This document shows positions 9,398 to 18,477 of a DNA stretch of 58,433 bases, in pieces; within the stretch, counting starts at the first letter, position 1, and every line of letters starts with the position of its first letter. The notes under the pieces were generated by a model, which did not search any database, was not told the DNA's origin, and saw nothing but the letters and a program-made list of their open reading frames with translations. The DNA is from Poseidonia sp. Its GTDB lineage: Archaea; Thermoplasmatota; Poseidoniia; Poseidoniales; Poseidoniaceae. The stretch lies in NCBI GenBank assembly GCA_030741355.1, contig JASLVM010000006.1, positions 1 through 58,433 on the forward strand. The letters run 5' to 3'. A program made the position numbers and the translations under genes.

Positions 9398-10465
9398 ATG
9401 ATGCGGCGACACCTGCTTGCTGTCGCCCTCTTCCTTGTAGCGCTCTTGCTGGTGAGGCAACTCTATCCTTACGTCTCTGGAAATGAACCCAGTGTTGTTG
9501 ATGGGTACGAAGTCTCTCGAGTTGCTTCGGATTTGGGAGGTCCGACGTGTCTGGTGTGGGCGAACGGAACGCACCTCTTGGTATGTGACCGAGACCGCGG
9601 GGCCATTGTTGAACTCAACATCGAGACCGACCAGCGTCGCACGCTTCTGGACGGGCTCGACCGTCCGCATGGGCTTGTTCTTCACGAAGGCCGAGCCATC
9701 GTATCCGAAGCAGGGCGTTTGAGTTCCTATGCCGTTTCACAGGAGGGGTTGTTCGAAGCGCGGGACGTGTTGGTTTCAGGGGTTCCTGTTGGCAACCACC
9801 AGACCAACACCGTTGACGTCATGCCCAACGGCACCTTACTCTGGCACAGCGGGTCAACATGCAATGTTTGCAACGAAGAAGATTCACGAAACGCCGCCCT
9901 TCTTTGGGTCAATGCCACAACGGGCGATCACGGTGTTCTTGCGAGTGGCGTTCGAAACTCCTTTGATGGTGTTTGGGTTGAAGGCCACGGGTATTTTTTC
10001 ACCGACAATGGAAGAGATTGGGAAGGCGATCACCCGCCGGAGGAACTGAATTTCATGATTCCAGGTGAGAATTACGGCTGGCCAAACGATGAGCCAACAA
10101 CACCGGTGCCTGCTGGGACCCAGGCTCCTGTGGGAACGTGGACGCCGCACACGTCCATGAACGGCATCGATGTACGCCCTCTCCACTCATCACTTCCCGG
10201 CCTCTCTCCCGCTGAGGGTTTTACCTTGTACGCCACCGTTTACGGCTCATGGAACACCCTTCTGCCTCAAGGTCATGAAATTCTAAGAATCGATGTTTAT
10301 CCAGGCGATTCAGCGACCACCTTTACGACCGAAATCACTCGGTTTGCTTGGGACGCAGGAACGCCGTTGCCGTTGGTGTTTCACCCGGACGGCACCTTGT
10401 ATTACGCCACGTTTGGGAATGGCGGGTCCCTGTTCACCATCGACGCTCTCCCACTTGCGTCCTAA
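9398..10465 (+). CDS. PQQ-dependent sugar / sorbosone dehydrogenase family beta-propeller
   Basis: N-terminal signal/TM, LDRPHGL, GNHQT, GSTCNVCNEED, GVRNSFD, TDNGRD, PEELN, YGWP, PHTS. Start ATG 9398 with GGAGG upstream. Confidence 0.85.
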   Translation: MMRRHLLAVALFLVALLLVRQLYPYVSGNEPSVVDGYEVSRVASDLGGPTCLVWANGTHLLVCDRDRGAIVELNIETDQRRTLLDGLDRPHGLVLHEGRAIVSEAGRLSSYAVSQEGLFEARDVLVSGVPVGNHQTNTVDVMPNGTLLWHSGSTCNVCNEEDSRNAALLWVNATTGDHGVLASGVRNSFDGVWVEGHGYFFTDNGRDWEGDHPPEELNFMIPGENYGWPNDEPTTPVPAGTQAPVGTWTPHTSMNGIDVRPLHSSLPGLSPAEGFTLYATVYGSWNTLLPQGHEILRIDVYPGDSATTFTTEITRFAWDAGTPLPLVFHPDGTLYYATFGNGGSLFTIDALPLAS

Positions 10466-10472
10466 CAGCGAT

Positions 10473-11138
10473 TCAGCTGAGCCGGTGAGCGAGCGCTTCA
10501 ATGGATTCTCCGGGCTCAGCCAGCGAGCGAACATAGCGAGCGACGGTGTGATTGGACCGTTGAAGGTCAACAAAATCGCCGCACCATTCCAGTGCGGTGG
10601 CGGGCGGGTTCTTTGAGTCCGAGGCTGATTCGACGGTCCACACCGAACAGCCGCTTCCATCGTCCGAAGCAATTTGAAGGCACCAAGGCGATGGAGCCAT
10701 TTTGCGTTGACTCGTCAAATGATGACGCTGGATGAATCGAACGATGCAATCGTCGACGATGTGGAGAATGCCCGCCTCGTTCAACATTTCCAAAACACCC
10801 TCATGTTCCGACCCCGGTTGGAACCAAAGCAGGGGCATGGCGCGTTGGTCAAATTTGACAATCAACTCCATCACCGCTTGTTTCGCCCGCTCAGGGGCGA
10901 GGAAGAACACCACCACCTCCGGTTGAACCCCGTCCTCAATGGAGGCCCGAACAGGCCTTCCAAGAATGGCGCCTCCGGCGTCATTCGGGTGGACGGGCAC
11001 CAACCTCCATCCTTTGTCTTGGAGATCATGAACGGCTTGGTGCGCTGGCCTTTCGGGCTTGAGTCCAGCGCCAAGGATGTGAATCGATGAGGCTTCGCTG
11101 ATCACGCCTTGAATGGCAGGATGAGCATCCCGAAGCAT
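10473..11138 (-). CDS. CoA-binding domain protein (YccU-like) with C-terminal extension
   Basis: IHILGAGLKPERPAH, LVPVHP, WFQPGSE, IVDDCI. Confidence 0.85.
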   Translation of the reverse strand: MLRDAHPAIQGVISEASSIHILGAGLKPERPAHQAVHDLQDKGWRLVPVHPNDAGGAILGRPVRASIEDGVQPEVVVFFLAPERAKQAVMELIVKFDQRAMPLLWFQPGSEHEGVLEMLNEAGILHIVDDCIVRFIQRHHLTSQRKMAPSPWCLQIASDDGSGCSVWTVESASDSKNPPATALEWCGDFVDLQRSNHTVARYVRSLAEPGESIEALAHRLS

Positions 11139-11224
11139 GGTTATTTTTTACAGCAATCCCTTTTCAAACGCTGTTCAACCCCCTAAAACAGCAGTATAAA
11201 AGGAACATGAAGTGTAATGAATCC

Positions 11225-11956
11225 ATGAGCAAATCATTTCTTTTGATAGGAGGCAGCAGCGATATCGCCCGCCATTTGGCCTCAATGTTGCTTGAAGACG
11301 GCCACCGCGTAACGCTCCTCGCACGGGACAGTGACCGCGTCACCGACCTTGTTGAGCAGGGCGCCGACTTGGTTCAAGGCGATGCTTTGGACGAAGCAAT
11401 CGTCCAGGACGCCGTGGCCCATGCGGTGGAACAGGGCGAACACGGGCTGTCTGGGATGGCCCACTTGGTTGGCTCCATCGCCCTTCGCCCGCCCCACGCC
11501 ACCAAACTGGAAGATTTCACCGCCGTTCTCCATACCAACCTCACTTCGGCTTTTCTCGCTCTCAAGACGGCGGGAAAGGCGATGCTCAAACCCGGTACGG
11601 GGCGCATGGTGTTCACCTCAAGTGTGGCTGGAAGTTATGGACTGACCAATCACGAAGCCATCGCAGCTGCGAAAGGCGGGATTGAAGCCATGGTACGTTC
11701 GGCTGCGTCGACTTATGCGCAACGCGGCCTTCGTGTGAACGCTGTTGCCCCGGGGCTGACCGAAACCCGGCTCGGTGGGCGTGTATTGCGCTCCGATGCC
11801 ATCAGGGAAGCGTCGGTCGGCATGATTCCGCTCAAACGGATCAACGAACCCTTGGAAATCGCTCAGAGCATGCATTGGTTACTCACGGCCGCCCCAGACA
11901 ACCTGACAGGGCAAATTCTCCATCTTGACGGTGGCATGTCAAACATCAGGGGTTGA
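11225..11956 (+). CDS. SDR family NAD(P)-dependent oxidoreductase
   Basis: IGGSSDIA Rossmann motif, GSIALRP, FTSSVAG, AAAKGG, RVNAVAPGLTET, TGQILHLDGG. Catalytic YxxxK appears as IAAAK. Start ATG 11225. Confidence 0.9.
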   Translation: MSKSFLLIGGSSDIARHLASMLLEDGHRVTLLARDSDRVTDLVEQGADLVQGDALDEAIVQDAVAHAVEQGEHGLSGMAHLVGSIALRPPHATKLEDFTAVLHTNLTSAFLALKTAGKAMLKPGTGRMVFTSSVAGSYGLTNHEAIAAAKGGIEAMVRSAASTYAQRGLRVNAVAPGLTETRLGGRVLRSDAIREASVGMIPLKRINEPLEIAQSMHWLLTAAPDNLTGQILHLDGGMSNIRG

Positions 11957-11959
11957 AGC

Positions 11960-13204
11960 ATGAAGATTGCAGTGGTCGGGGGCGGTCTAGCAGGACTGGC
12001 CATCGCACTCGGCTGTGAGGAAAACGGGTACAACGTGACGTTGTTTGAGGCTTCGACCGAACTTGGTGGGCGGATGAAAACACTTCGAGAAGGCAACCAT
12101 CCGCTCGATGTCGGATTTCACGTGCTCCACACCGCCTATTCCACGGTGAAAGACTGGATCGACCTCGACGCCCTCCACATCAAACCCATGGATGCCTGCA
12201 CCATGACCATTGCACCCTCCACCGGTCGCCGGCGCCTCCTCGGTGATGCTCTAAGAAGCCCCCGATACCTGTTCCCGACCCTCAAATCGGTCGGCGTATT
12301 TGACGGTCTTCGTTTCCTTCGATGGCGCATGCGCACCTCTGCACGCGACCTCGAGCGGGGCATGGATGAACCGACACCTTCCATTGCCGATGGCCTCCAC
12401 CAACGCAATTTCCGACCATCAACACAGCGAGTCTTGCGCTCTCTGTTCACCGGGATAACGCTCGACCCTACGCTTTCTGAACGGATCGCCTTTGCAGATT
12501 TCACATGGGGGGCCATGTCGCATGGAAAGATGGTCATGCCTCGAGACGGCATCGCCGCTGTACCGCACCAACTGGCTGCACGTCTGCGCTCCACGGAGGT
12601 CCGATTGAACACGCCCGTGGAAGCGGTCACCAAATCCAACGTCGTTGTCAACGGTCAAAGGGAAGTGTTTGACCGGGTCGTTCTGGCCGTCCCTCAACAC
12701 GTAGCGCAGAGGATGTTGCCGGGCTCCGTTGGAGAACACCGACCCAACGAACGAAGGACGACCACGGTGGTGTTCGTTGCTCCTGAAGCGCCGTTCAAGC
12801 AAGCGCGCCTGTTGTTGAATGAAGAGTGGGGCGAAGACGGACACCGCGTCCTTCACGTGCATCTTCCAACCAATCTTCACCCCCACCCCGATGGCCATCA
12901 TTGGGTGGTCGCCACCCTGGTGGGTGAAGACGCAGAAGAGGTGGATGTCGAAGCGGTGAAGACCGAGTTAATCGAATGGTTTGGGGCTTCAGTCAATCGA
13001 TGGTCACTCCTCACCACCACCACGGTAAGGCATGCCTTGCCCCACATTGACCCTTTACATCATGCACGAACACTTCCAGAGATTGAAATCGACGGGATTC
13101 TTTTGGCAGGAGACCATCGAACCCACCCGTCCGTTCAGGGAACGCTCCGAAGCGCTGAACGAGTGCTCAAACACCTCGACATTCCTGTTCCAAGGAGGCC
13201 GTAA
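11960..13204 (+). CDS. FAD-dependent oxidoreductase (amine oxidase / phytoene desaturase-like superfamily)
   Basis: VVGGGLAGL, FEASTELGGR, DVGFHVLHTAY, LAGDH..HPSVQGTLRSAER. Confidence 0.88.
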   Translation: MKIAVVGGGLAGLAIALGCEENGYNVTLFEASTELGGRMKTLREGNHPLDVGFHVLHTAYSTVKDWIDLDALHIKPMDACTMTIAPSTGRRRLLGDALRSPRYLFPTLKSVGVFDGLRFLRWRMRTSARDLERGMDEPTPSIADGLHQRNFRPSTQRVLRSLFTGITLDPTLSERIAFADFTWGAMSHGKMVMPRDGIAAVPHQLAARLRSTEVRLNTPVEAVTKSNVVVNGQREVFDRVVLAVPQHVAQRMLPGSVGEHRPNERRTTTVVFVAPEAPFKQARLLLNEEWGEDGHRVLHVHLPTNLHPHPDGHHWVVATLVGEDAEEVDVEAVKTELIEWFGASVNRWSLLTTTTVRHALPHIDPLHHARTLPEIEIDGILLAGDHRTHPSVQGTLRSAERVLKHLDIPVPRRP

Positions 13205-13205
13205 A

Positions 13206-13592
13206 ATGACATGGCATAATGTGATGAAATCAAGCAAATTGAAACCCGGCAAGAAGAAAATGAAGACGGTAAAGGGGAAGATGGTGATGGTGGGCCGTCA
13301 AGGCACCGCCCTGTTCGCCACCGAAGCGCTCTGCCGCCACATGCGATGGCCACTTGCTTGGGGAGCGAAGGTTGAGGACGACTGTGTTCGATGCCCGCTT
13401 CATCAAACGACGTACAATTTGGACGACGGGTCGGTCGTTGAGTGGTCACCGTTTCCTTTGCTTCCCCTGTACGGCAAATTGGTGGGCGCCATGTCGAGGA
13501 AGAAGGACCTCCGAATTTACGAGATCCGGGAACAGGACGGGATGATTCAAGTGAATTTTTCACCACCAGAACCCGTTGATGCGACCTCATAA
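13206..13592 (+). CDS. Rieske [2Fe-2S] ferredoxin
   Basis: CRH and CPLH ligand boxes; ATG 13206 immediately after the oxidoreductase stop. Confidence 0.9.
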   Translation: MTWHNVMKSSKLKPGKKKMKTVKGKMVMVGRQGTALFATEALCRHMRWPLAWGAKVEDDCVRCPLHQTTYNLDDGSVVEWSPFPLLPLYGKLVGAMSRKKDLRIYEIREQDGMIQVNFSPPEPVDATS

Positions 13593-13664
13593 TGATAGCC
13601 GGGTTCGAACACCCAAGCGTGCTGGAGGGGTGATGAAATCGACCTGCTTGTTCCGCTTGGCCTC

Positions 13665-14384
13665 TTGGGCTGCCTCTTTGCCGCGGCCCTCACCGTCCCC
13701 GCTGGTTTCGGGCTTGCCACGATGACGACGCCACTGTTTCTGATTTGGTTTGAACCGCATCATGCCATCGCTGGAGTGGCCATCGTCCACGGGGCTCACA
13801 ACGCCATGAAATCCCGTATGCTCAGGCAGCATATCGATGGTGATGCTCTCCGCCGATTTGGCTGGGCCCTCCTCATCGGTGCTCTGATGGGCGCGCTTCT
13901 CCAAAGCGTCATTCCCCCCGACCCTCTTCTGCTCTTGGTGGGCATCGCTCTCATCGTCTTACCCGTCCTCAAAATCAGCGAATCATGGACGTCCATCCGC
14001 CTGCCAGAGGCTGAAGACCGCCTTGGCGGCCTTGGCTCTGGGTTTCTTGGCGGTTTGACCGGCCATCAGGGAGCGCTTCGTGCGATGTTTCTCAAACAAC
14101 GCCTCCCCGATAAATCAGAGTACGCAGCTACCGCCGCCGTCCTCGCGCTGGTGGTTGATGCGACGAGAATTCCGATCTATCTTTGGAACGATAGCACGGT
14201 TTTGACCGTCGATGCATGGTTGCTGGGAGGCTTTGTCATCGCCGCTCTCCTCGGTGCACAAATCGGTCGCATTTGGTTGGAAAAATGGAAGAGCGACGAC
14301 ATCCAAAAAGGGATCATGGTCGGTCTTGTTCTCTCTGGAGTGCTCTATGTCAGAGAGGCGCTTCTTGCCCTCTCATTGACGTGA
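13665..14384 (+). CDS. TauE/SafE (TSUP) family membrane transporter; start uncertain
   Basis: AGFGLAT, GSGFLGGLTGHQGALRAMFL, ~7-8 TM. Reading frame stays open upstream of the TTG without an in-frame ATG. Confidence 0.85.
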   Translation: MGCLFAAALTVPAGFGLATMTTPLFLIWFEPHHAIAGVAIVHGAHNAMKSRMLRQHIDGDALRRFGWALLIGALMGALLQSVIPPDPLLLLVGIALIVLPVLKISESWTSIRLPEAEDRLGGLGSGFLGGLTGHQGALRAMFLKQRLPDKSEYAATAAVLALVVDATRIPIYLWNDSTVLTVDAWLLGGFVIAALLGAQIGRIWLEKWKSDDIQKGIMVGLVLSGVLYVREALLALSLT

Positions 14385-15512
14385 TTCGAGCCACACCCGA
14401 AGGCGGCGAACACCTTCGTGAATGTTGGCAATCGAGGTGGCGTAGCTGATTCGAATCAACCCATCTCCCCCTTCCATCAGGGAACCGGGTATGACTTGCA
14501 CTTGGGCGTTTTTGAGCGCATCTTGAGCAAATTCGATGTCCGTGAGACCCGTGCCGGTGATGTCGGCGAGAATGTAGAACGCCCCCTCAGGTTCGGGAAC
14601 AACAAATCCTGGTAGCGACGAAAGGCCCTGATGCATCAACAACCGGCGTTCGGCAAAAGCGTCTTTCATCACTTGGACCTCCTCATCAAGTGAGAGGGCT
14701 TTGGCCGCAGCGGACATCAAGAAGGTGGGGACATGGGTTGCAGAACTGACGTTGATGGTTTTCACCCCGTCCATCACCTTGGTTGGACCTGTAATCCATC
14801 CCAGTCGCCAACCGGTCATGGCCCATCCTTTGGACCAACCTCCGATGGTGATGGTTCGTTCACTTCCTCCCTCAAAGGCGCAGGGCGAGGTGTAGCCAAC
14901 ATCGGTCCAAACGAGGGTGGAGTAGATCATGTCATCAAGAATCCAAAGGTCGTGTTTGACGGCAAAATCAACGAGTCGTTTGGTTTCTTCTGGTGTGTAA
15001 ACCGCACCGGTTGGGTTGTTGGGCGTGTTGAGGATGATGGCTTTCGTGTTCTCGTTGACGTGCGCTTCGAGTTCGTCAAAATCCGGGTGGTAGTTGTCTC
15101 TTCGTACAGGAACGTGAACGGGGAGCGCTCCTGTGAGGCGGACCATGCCGTCGTAAGAAGGCCAAGCAGGAGAGAGGAGGAGGACTTCATCACCGGGTGC
15201 GAGGACCGCCATCATTCCGTAGAACAGCGCCTGCTTGCAACCGGGCGTGACCACCACGTCGTTGGGGTCGACGTTGATGTCAAATTGGGTCAAATGCTGT
15301 TGAACGGCCTCGCACAAAGCGACCGTTCCTTGGGGGCGCGTATAGGCGGTCTCACCTCGGTCCAAGGAGGCCTTTGCCTCGTCAACAACGGGCTGCGGCG
15401 TTCCAAAATCGGGTTGGCCGACGGTGAACCGAACCACCTCAGGGCCGGGCGGCGCAAGAAAGGCGGCAAAACCGATACCAACCTGACTCAAGACGGGATT
15501 GATTTCGGGCAT
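14373..15512 (-). CDS. PLP-dependent aminotransferase class I/II (aspartate aminotransferase-like)
   Basis: VGQPDFGTP, TPGCKQAL, NTPNNPTG, DDMIY, GWSKGWAMTGWRLG, PEGAFY, IRISYA. Confidence 0.95.
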   Translation of the reverse strand: MPEINPVLSQVGIGFAAFLAPPGPEVVRFTVGQPDFGTPQPVVDEAKASLDRGETAYTRPQGTVALCEAVQQHLTQFDINVDPNDVVVTPGCKQALFYGMMAVLAPGDEVLLLSPAWPSYDGMVRLTGALPVHVPVRRDNYHPDFDELEAHVNENTKAIILNTPNNPTGAVYTPEETKRLVDFAVKHDLWILDDMIYSTLVWTDVGYTSPCAFEGGSERTITIGGWSKGWAMTGWRLGWITGPTKVMDGVKTINVSSATHVPTFLMSAAAKALSLDEEVQVMKDAFAERRLLMHQGLSSLPGFVVPEPEGAFYILADITGTGLTDIEFAQDALKNAQVQVIPGSLMEGGDGLIRISYATSIANIHEGVRRLRVWLESRQ

Positions 15513-15593
15513 GATGCTCCTCTCCTATCTGTGGTCTGCTGACCAGTTTTCCCTTTGAAGGCTCGTATGATATTTTCAAAATGAGAAGTGTTT

Positions 15594-15667
15594 TGGAGCA
15601 CGGACGGAGATTCGAACTCCGGTCTCAGGATCTGCAGTCCCGCTCATAGCCACTCTGACATCCGTGC
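15594..15667 (-). tRNA. tRNA-Cys (GCA), CCA encoded
   Basis: GCACGGA/TCCGTGC acceptor stem, anticodon arm CGGGA-CTGCAGA-TCCTG, T-arm CGGAG-TTCGAAT-CTCCG, U73 discriminator + CCA. Confidence 0.96.
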
Positions 15668-15765
15668 TGTATTCACGCCCAGCGGCATGACCTATTTCAA
15701 CGCGCCTTTACCCTCTATGGCAAGGCGGGAGGATTGTTTAAACGGATTCACAACTACCATCCACC

Positions 15766-16653
15766 ATGGCAGAAGAAGAACAGAACCCGTCTCCGGAAGA
15801 GGGTGAAAAACCATTTTTTGCTCTTGATGCCGACGACGTCGCCAACGCTTCTGCGGAATCTTCTCTTCCACCTACCCCCATGGTCATGGGGTCTTTGGGG
15901 GGAGCTACCACGGCCTCGCCAGTGCAGGATGGACAACCCGGGGGGGGTTCAACGCCTCAGTTGTCTGGAGAGGTGATGGCATCTCCGGGTCAACAGATGT
16001 TCACCGTTCCAGGAGTCTATCAGAAAGAGCGATTTCGATGGAGTCAATTCTTCATCGGTTTAGCAGCGCCGTTCGCTGTTTTCATCATCGCGGCCATGAT
16101 TGGAAATGCGGTTGACCCCTCATGGGATGATGCCTATCGATTCGAGGTCATCACGGTTGAAAGTGAAGACGGCGTGAATTTTCAACATCAACTTCAGCCC
16201 GGCCCTGACGAAGTTTTCAGTTATTTCACTACAGAGTTTGAACATGAAGACGGATTTGTTTTCATCACGTGTTGGGGCGAACCATTTGAAGATGAACAGG
16301 AAGACATCGACGTTCAACAACAAATCAATTACAACAATCGCCAAGTTTCCATCGGCCATTATTATCCTGCCAATCAAACCATAGCGTTCACGTTGTCAGA
16401 GGGGTCCTCCGACCGACTTGATTTTGCTATCGAGTACGTGGATTCCGATTTAGAGGATGAAGAAGAGCGTGCTACGACGTACTTCGACACCATGTTTTGT
16501 CTCCTGCCACTTGGCTTCATTGTGGCCACCGGGGCCTCGTTTGTCAAAGGAAACCGGGCGCTTGGCTACGGGCTCCTCACTTCTCTTTTCCTTGGTGTTG
16601 TGGGCGGTCCGCTTCTGTTCCTCCTCATTTTATTGTTCGCTTTCGGGGTGTAG
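15766..16653 (+). CDS. Hypothetical membrane protein
   Basis: Disordered acidic N-terminus, TM, acidic extracytoplasmic domain, two C-terminal TMs; TTTAAA box ~25 nt upstream. Confidence 0.8.
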   Translation: MAEEEQNPSPEEGEKPFFALDADDVANASAESSLPPTPMVMGSLGGATTASPVQDGQPGGGSTPQLSGEVMASPGQQMFTVPGVYQKERFRWSQFFIGLAAPFAVFIIAAMIGNAVDPSWDDAYRFEVITVESEDGVNFQHQLQPGPDEVFSYFTTEFEHEDGFVFITCWGEPFEDEQEDIDVQQQINYNNRQVSIGHYYPANQTIAFTLSEGSSDRLDFAIEYVDSDLEDEEERATTYFDTMFCLLPLGFIVATGASFVKGNRALGYGLLTSLFLGVVGGPLLFLLILLFAFGV

Positions 16654-16655
16654 GC

Positions 16656-17177
16656 GTGCCAAGGATTCAGCACGTGCGCGGGATTCCATCGGAGCCCTAT
16701 TTCCGAACCCGATATGCGGTGTTGCGAGAACCGTTGGGGATGCCGCTTGGCAGTGAACGCCTCAGTGACGACGATCAAGCTGTTCATGTTTGGGCGGAAA
16801 TTGACACCGTCATTGCCGCCGTGGGGCGCGCCCACATCATCCCTGGGGATTCGGACGGCTCTGGAGCCGATCACAAAGGACCGGGAGCAGCCCTCATCCC
16901 GCCTTTTGGGCCGCTCGCCGACGCTTCCGCTCAGAGGCCCGCCTTTCAAATCCGGCAGATGGGAACCCTCCCTGAGCATCAACGCCAAGGGCTCGCAGCG
17001 GCTGTGCTCGGGGAACTTGAACGACTCATGTTCACAGAATACGGCTGTAAAACTGGGCTTCTGCAAGCAAGGGAGCATGCCATTCAATTCTACGAATCGC
17101 AGGGCTGGTCGGTCATCGATGAACCGTATGATATCGGGATTATTGGGCCACACAGGTCCATGATGAAGCGATTTTGA
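16656..17177 (+). CDS. GNAT family N-acetyltransferase
   Basis: RYAVLREPLG, QIRQMGTLPEHQRQGLA (acetyl-CoA motif), LQAREHAIQFYESQGW, IGPHRSM. GTG start at 16656. Confidence 0.88.
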   Translation: MPRIQHVRGIPSEPYFRTRYAVLREPLGMPLGSERLSDDDQAVHVWAEIDTVIAAVGRAHIIPGDSDGSGADHKGPGAALIPPFGPLADASAQRPAFQIRQMGTLPEHQRQGLAAAVLGELERLMFTEYGCKTGLLQAREHAIQFYESQGWSVIDEPYDIGIIGPHRSMMKRF

Positions 17178-17371
17178 ACATCCAAAGTATATATCCTCTC
17201 AATCGTTCAAGTTAGCATCGGCAGTTTCCATAAACGCCCATTGAATGTTAAAATGAACACATAAGACGGAACAAAAAGATGGATTTGCGCCCGAAAGAGG
17301 GAGTAGAGATGAGATCAACACCATACATAAAGACAAAAGAAAATAAAACATCCAGCGCACAGGATAGAAAC

Positions 17372-18121
17372 ATGAAAGATTCTCGTTCATCGAGAAGTTA
17401 CGCAAAATCGCAGCCCGATTTTGATTATTACGTAGCGAAAAAATACAATTCCAAATCGGAAAAAGAACGAGATTTGTATTTCCAAAAATTACTCGAAGCG
17501 TTTCGAACGCTTTCCGAAGAAGCCCCAGAAGTCTTTGATTCCATTGCGCCAGAAATGCTTCAGCGAAGCATTTGGTCGTGGAGAGGCGCAGATCCCCTGC
17601 TCTCCAAGAAATTCAACAATTGGCTTCTAGCAGATTATCAATGGACGCCGTTCGACGAAATTTTACCGAAAGAATCGGCGAACCATCGCCCGCTGCAAGT
17701 GCCGCCGCTTGACCCGGAGCATCTCAATGAGGTGCACCATGCTTTGATTGAAGCTCTTCAAGATCGATTCCGAGGAGATCCACACCGATGGGACGCTTCT
17801 CGTCGAGACCAGTTTGTCATTCTCGGCATGATGGCAACCGCCGGCGGTTACGGTGTGCGTCAAGGAAAATTGATCCACAGCCTGGGCATGGGTCTTGCAG
17901 AGAGCGGCGTTCGAGGTGCAAACACGGTTCGAGCAGCTAAAATTGCCCTTTCTCGACTTGCGAAACCTTTCGGCCTGCAACTTTTCGCTCCAGCGGTTGG
18001 CAACGGCCCAGAACGTATTCACATGTTCAGTGATGATGAACTCGCTGAAGTCATCGCTCGCTACGTCTTCAATCACGACGCTTCGATTTTGCTTCCGGCA
18101 ACCAACGTCCCCGGTGTTTAG
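17372..18121 (+). CDS. Hypothetical protein
   Basis: Long ORF following an AT/A-rich region; start could be 17309 or 17372; no family recognised. Confidence 0.7.
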   Translation: MKDSRSSRSYAKSQPDFDYYVAKKYNSKSEKERDLYFQKLLEAFRTLSEEAPEVFDSIAPEMLQRSIWSWRGADPLLSKKFNNWLLADYQWTPFDEILPKESANHRPLQVPPLDPEHLNEVHHALIEALQDRFRGDPHRWDASRRDQFVILGMMATAGGYGVRQGKLIHSLGMGLAESGVRGANTVRAAKIALSRLAKPFGLQLFAPAVGNGPERIHMFSDDELAEVIARYVFNHDASILLPATNVPGV

Positions 18122-18225
18122 GCGTCGTTGGCTGGAGAATCAATTCATCGCGCCTTTCATATAGGGTAGGGCCCTTGAATAGGGCAGAGGGAACGCTGGG
18201 TTCCCTATGAACAACCCGTGAAAAA

Positions 18226-18376
18226 CGATGCAAACGGAGGATTTGAACAAGTCAATGTACAAGGAAAATGGAGAGAGGGACAGCGATTCTCCCTCAAGCC
18301 CCCCATCAATTGGAGGCCGACCAACCCTTGTACAAGATTTGGCGACTATTCATCCAATCCGCGAAGCGTTGCATCG
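18226..18376 (+). ncRNA. Candidate structured RNA / 5' leader element
   Basis: Nested helices: CGATGCAA(18226)/TTGCATCG(18369); CGGA/TCCG; GGAT..GAA..AGTC/GACT.TTCATCC; TGTACAAGG(18256)/CCTTGTACA(18326); apical hairpins GAGGGA/TCCCTC and TTGG/CCAA. Confidence 0.55.
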
Positions 18377-18477
18377 ATCCCAAACGCCGAAGCCCACCAC
18401 GTGCGCTTTGACATTGGAAAGAGAGAACAGCGGGTTCTCTATGTAAAACAACCAAAAACAAAGGAAGTGAAAAAAAC

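Noticed and set aside
13592-13640. GGGTTCGAACACCC T-loop-like hairpin and a TGATGA C-box-like word
   Set aside because: No cloverleaf and no matching D box (CTGA); not a tRNA remnant or C/D sRNA on this evidence.
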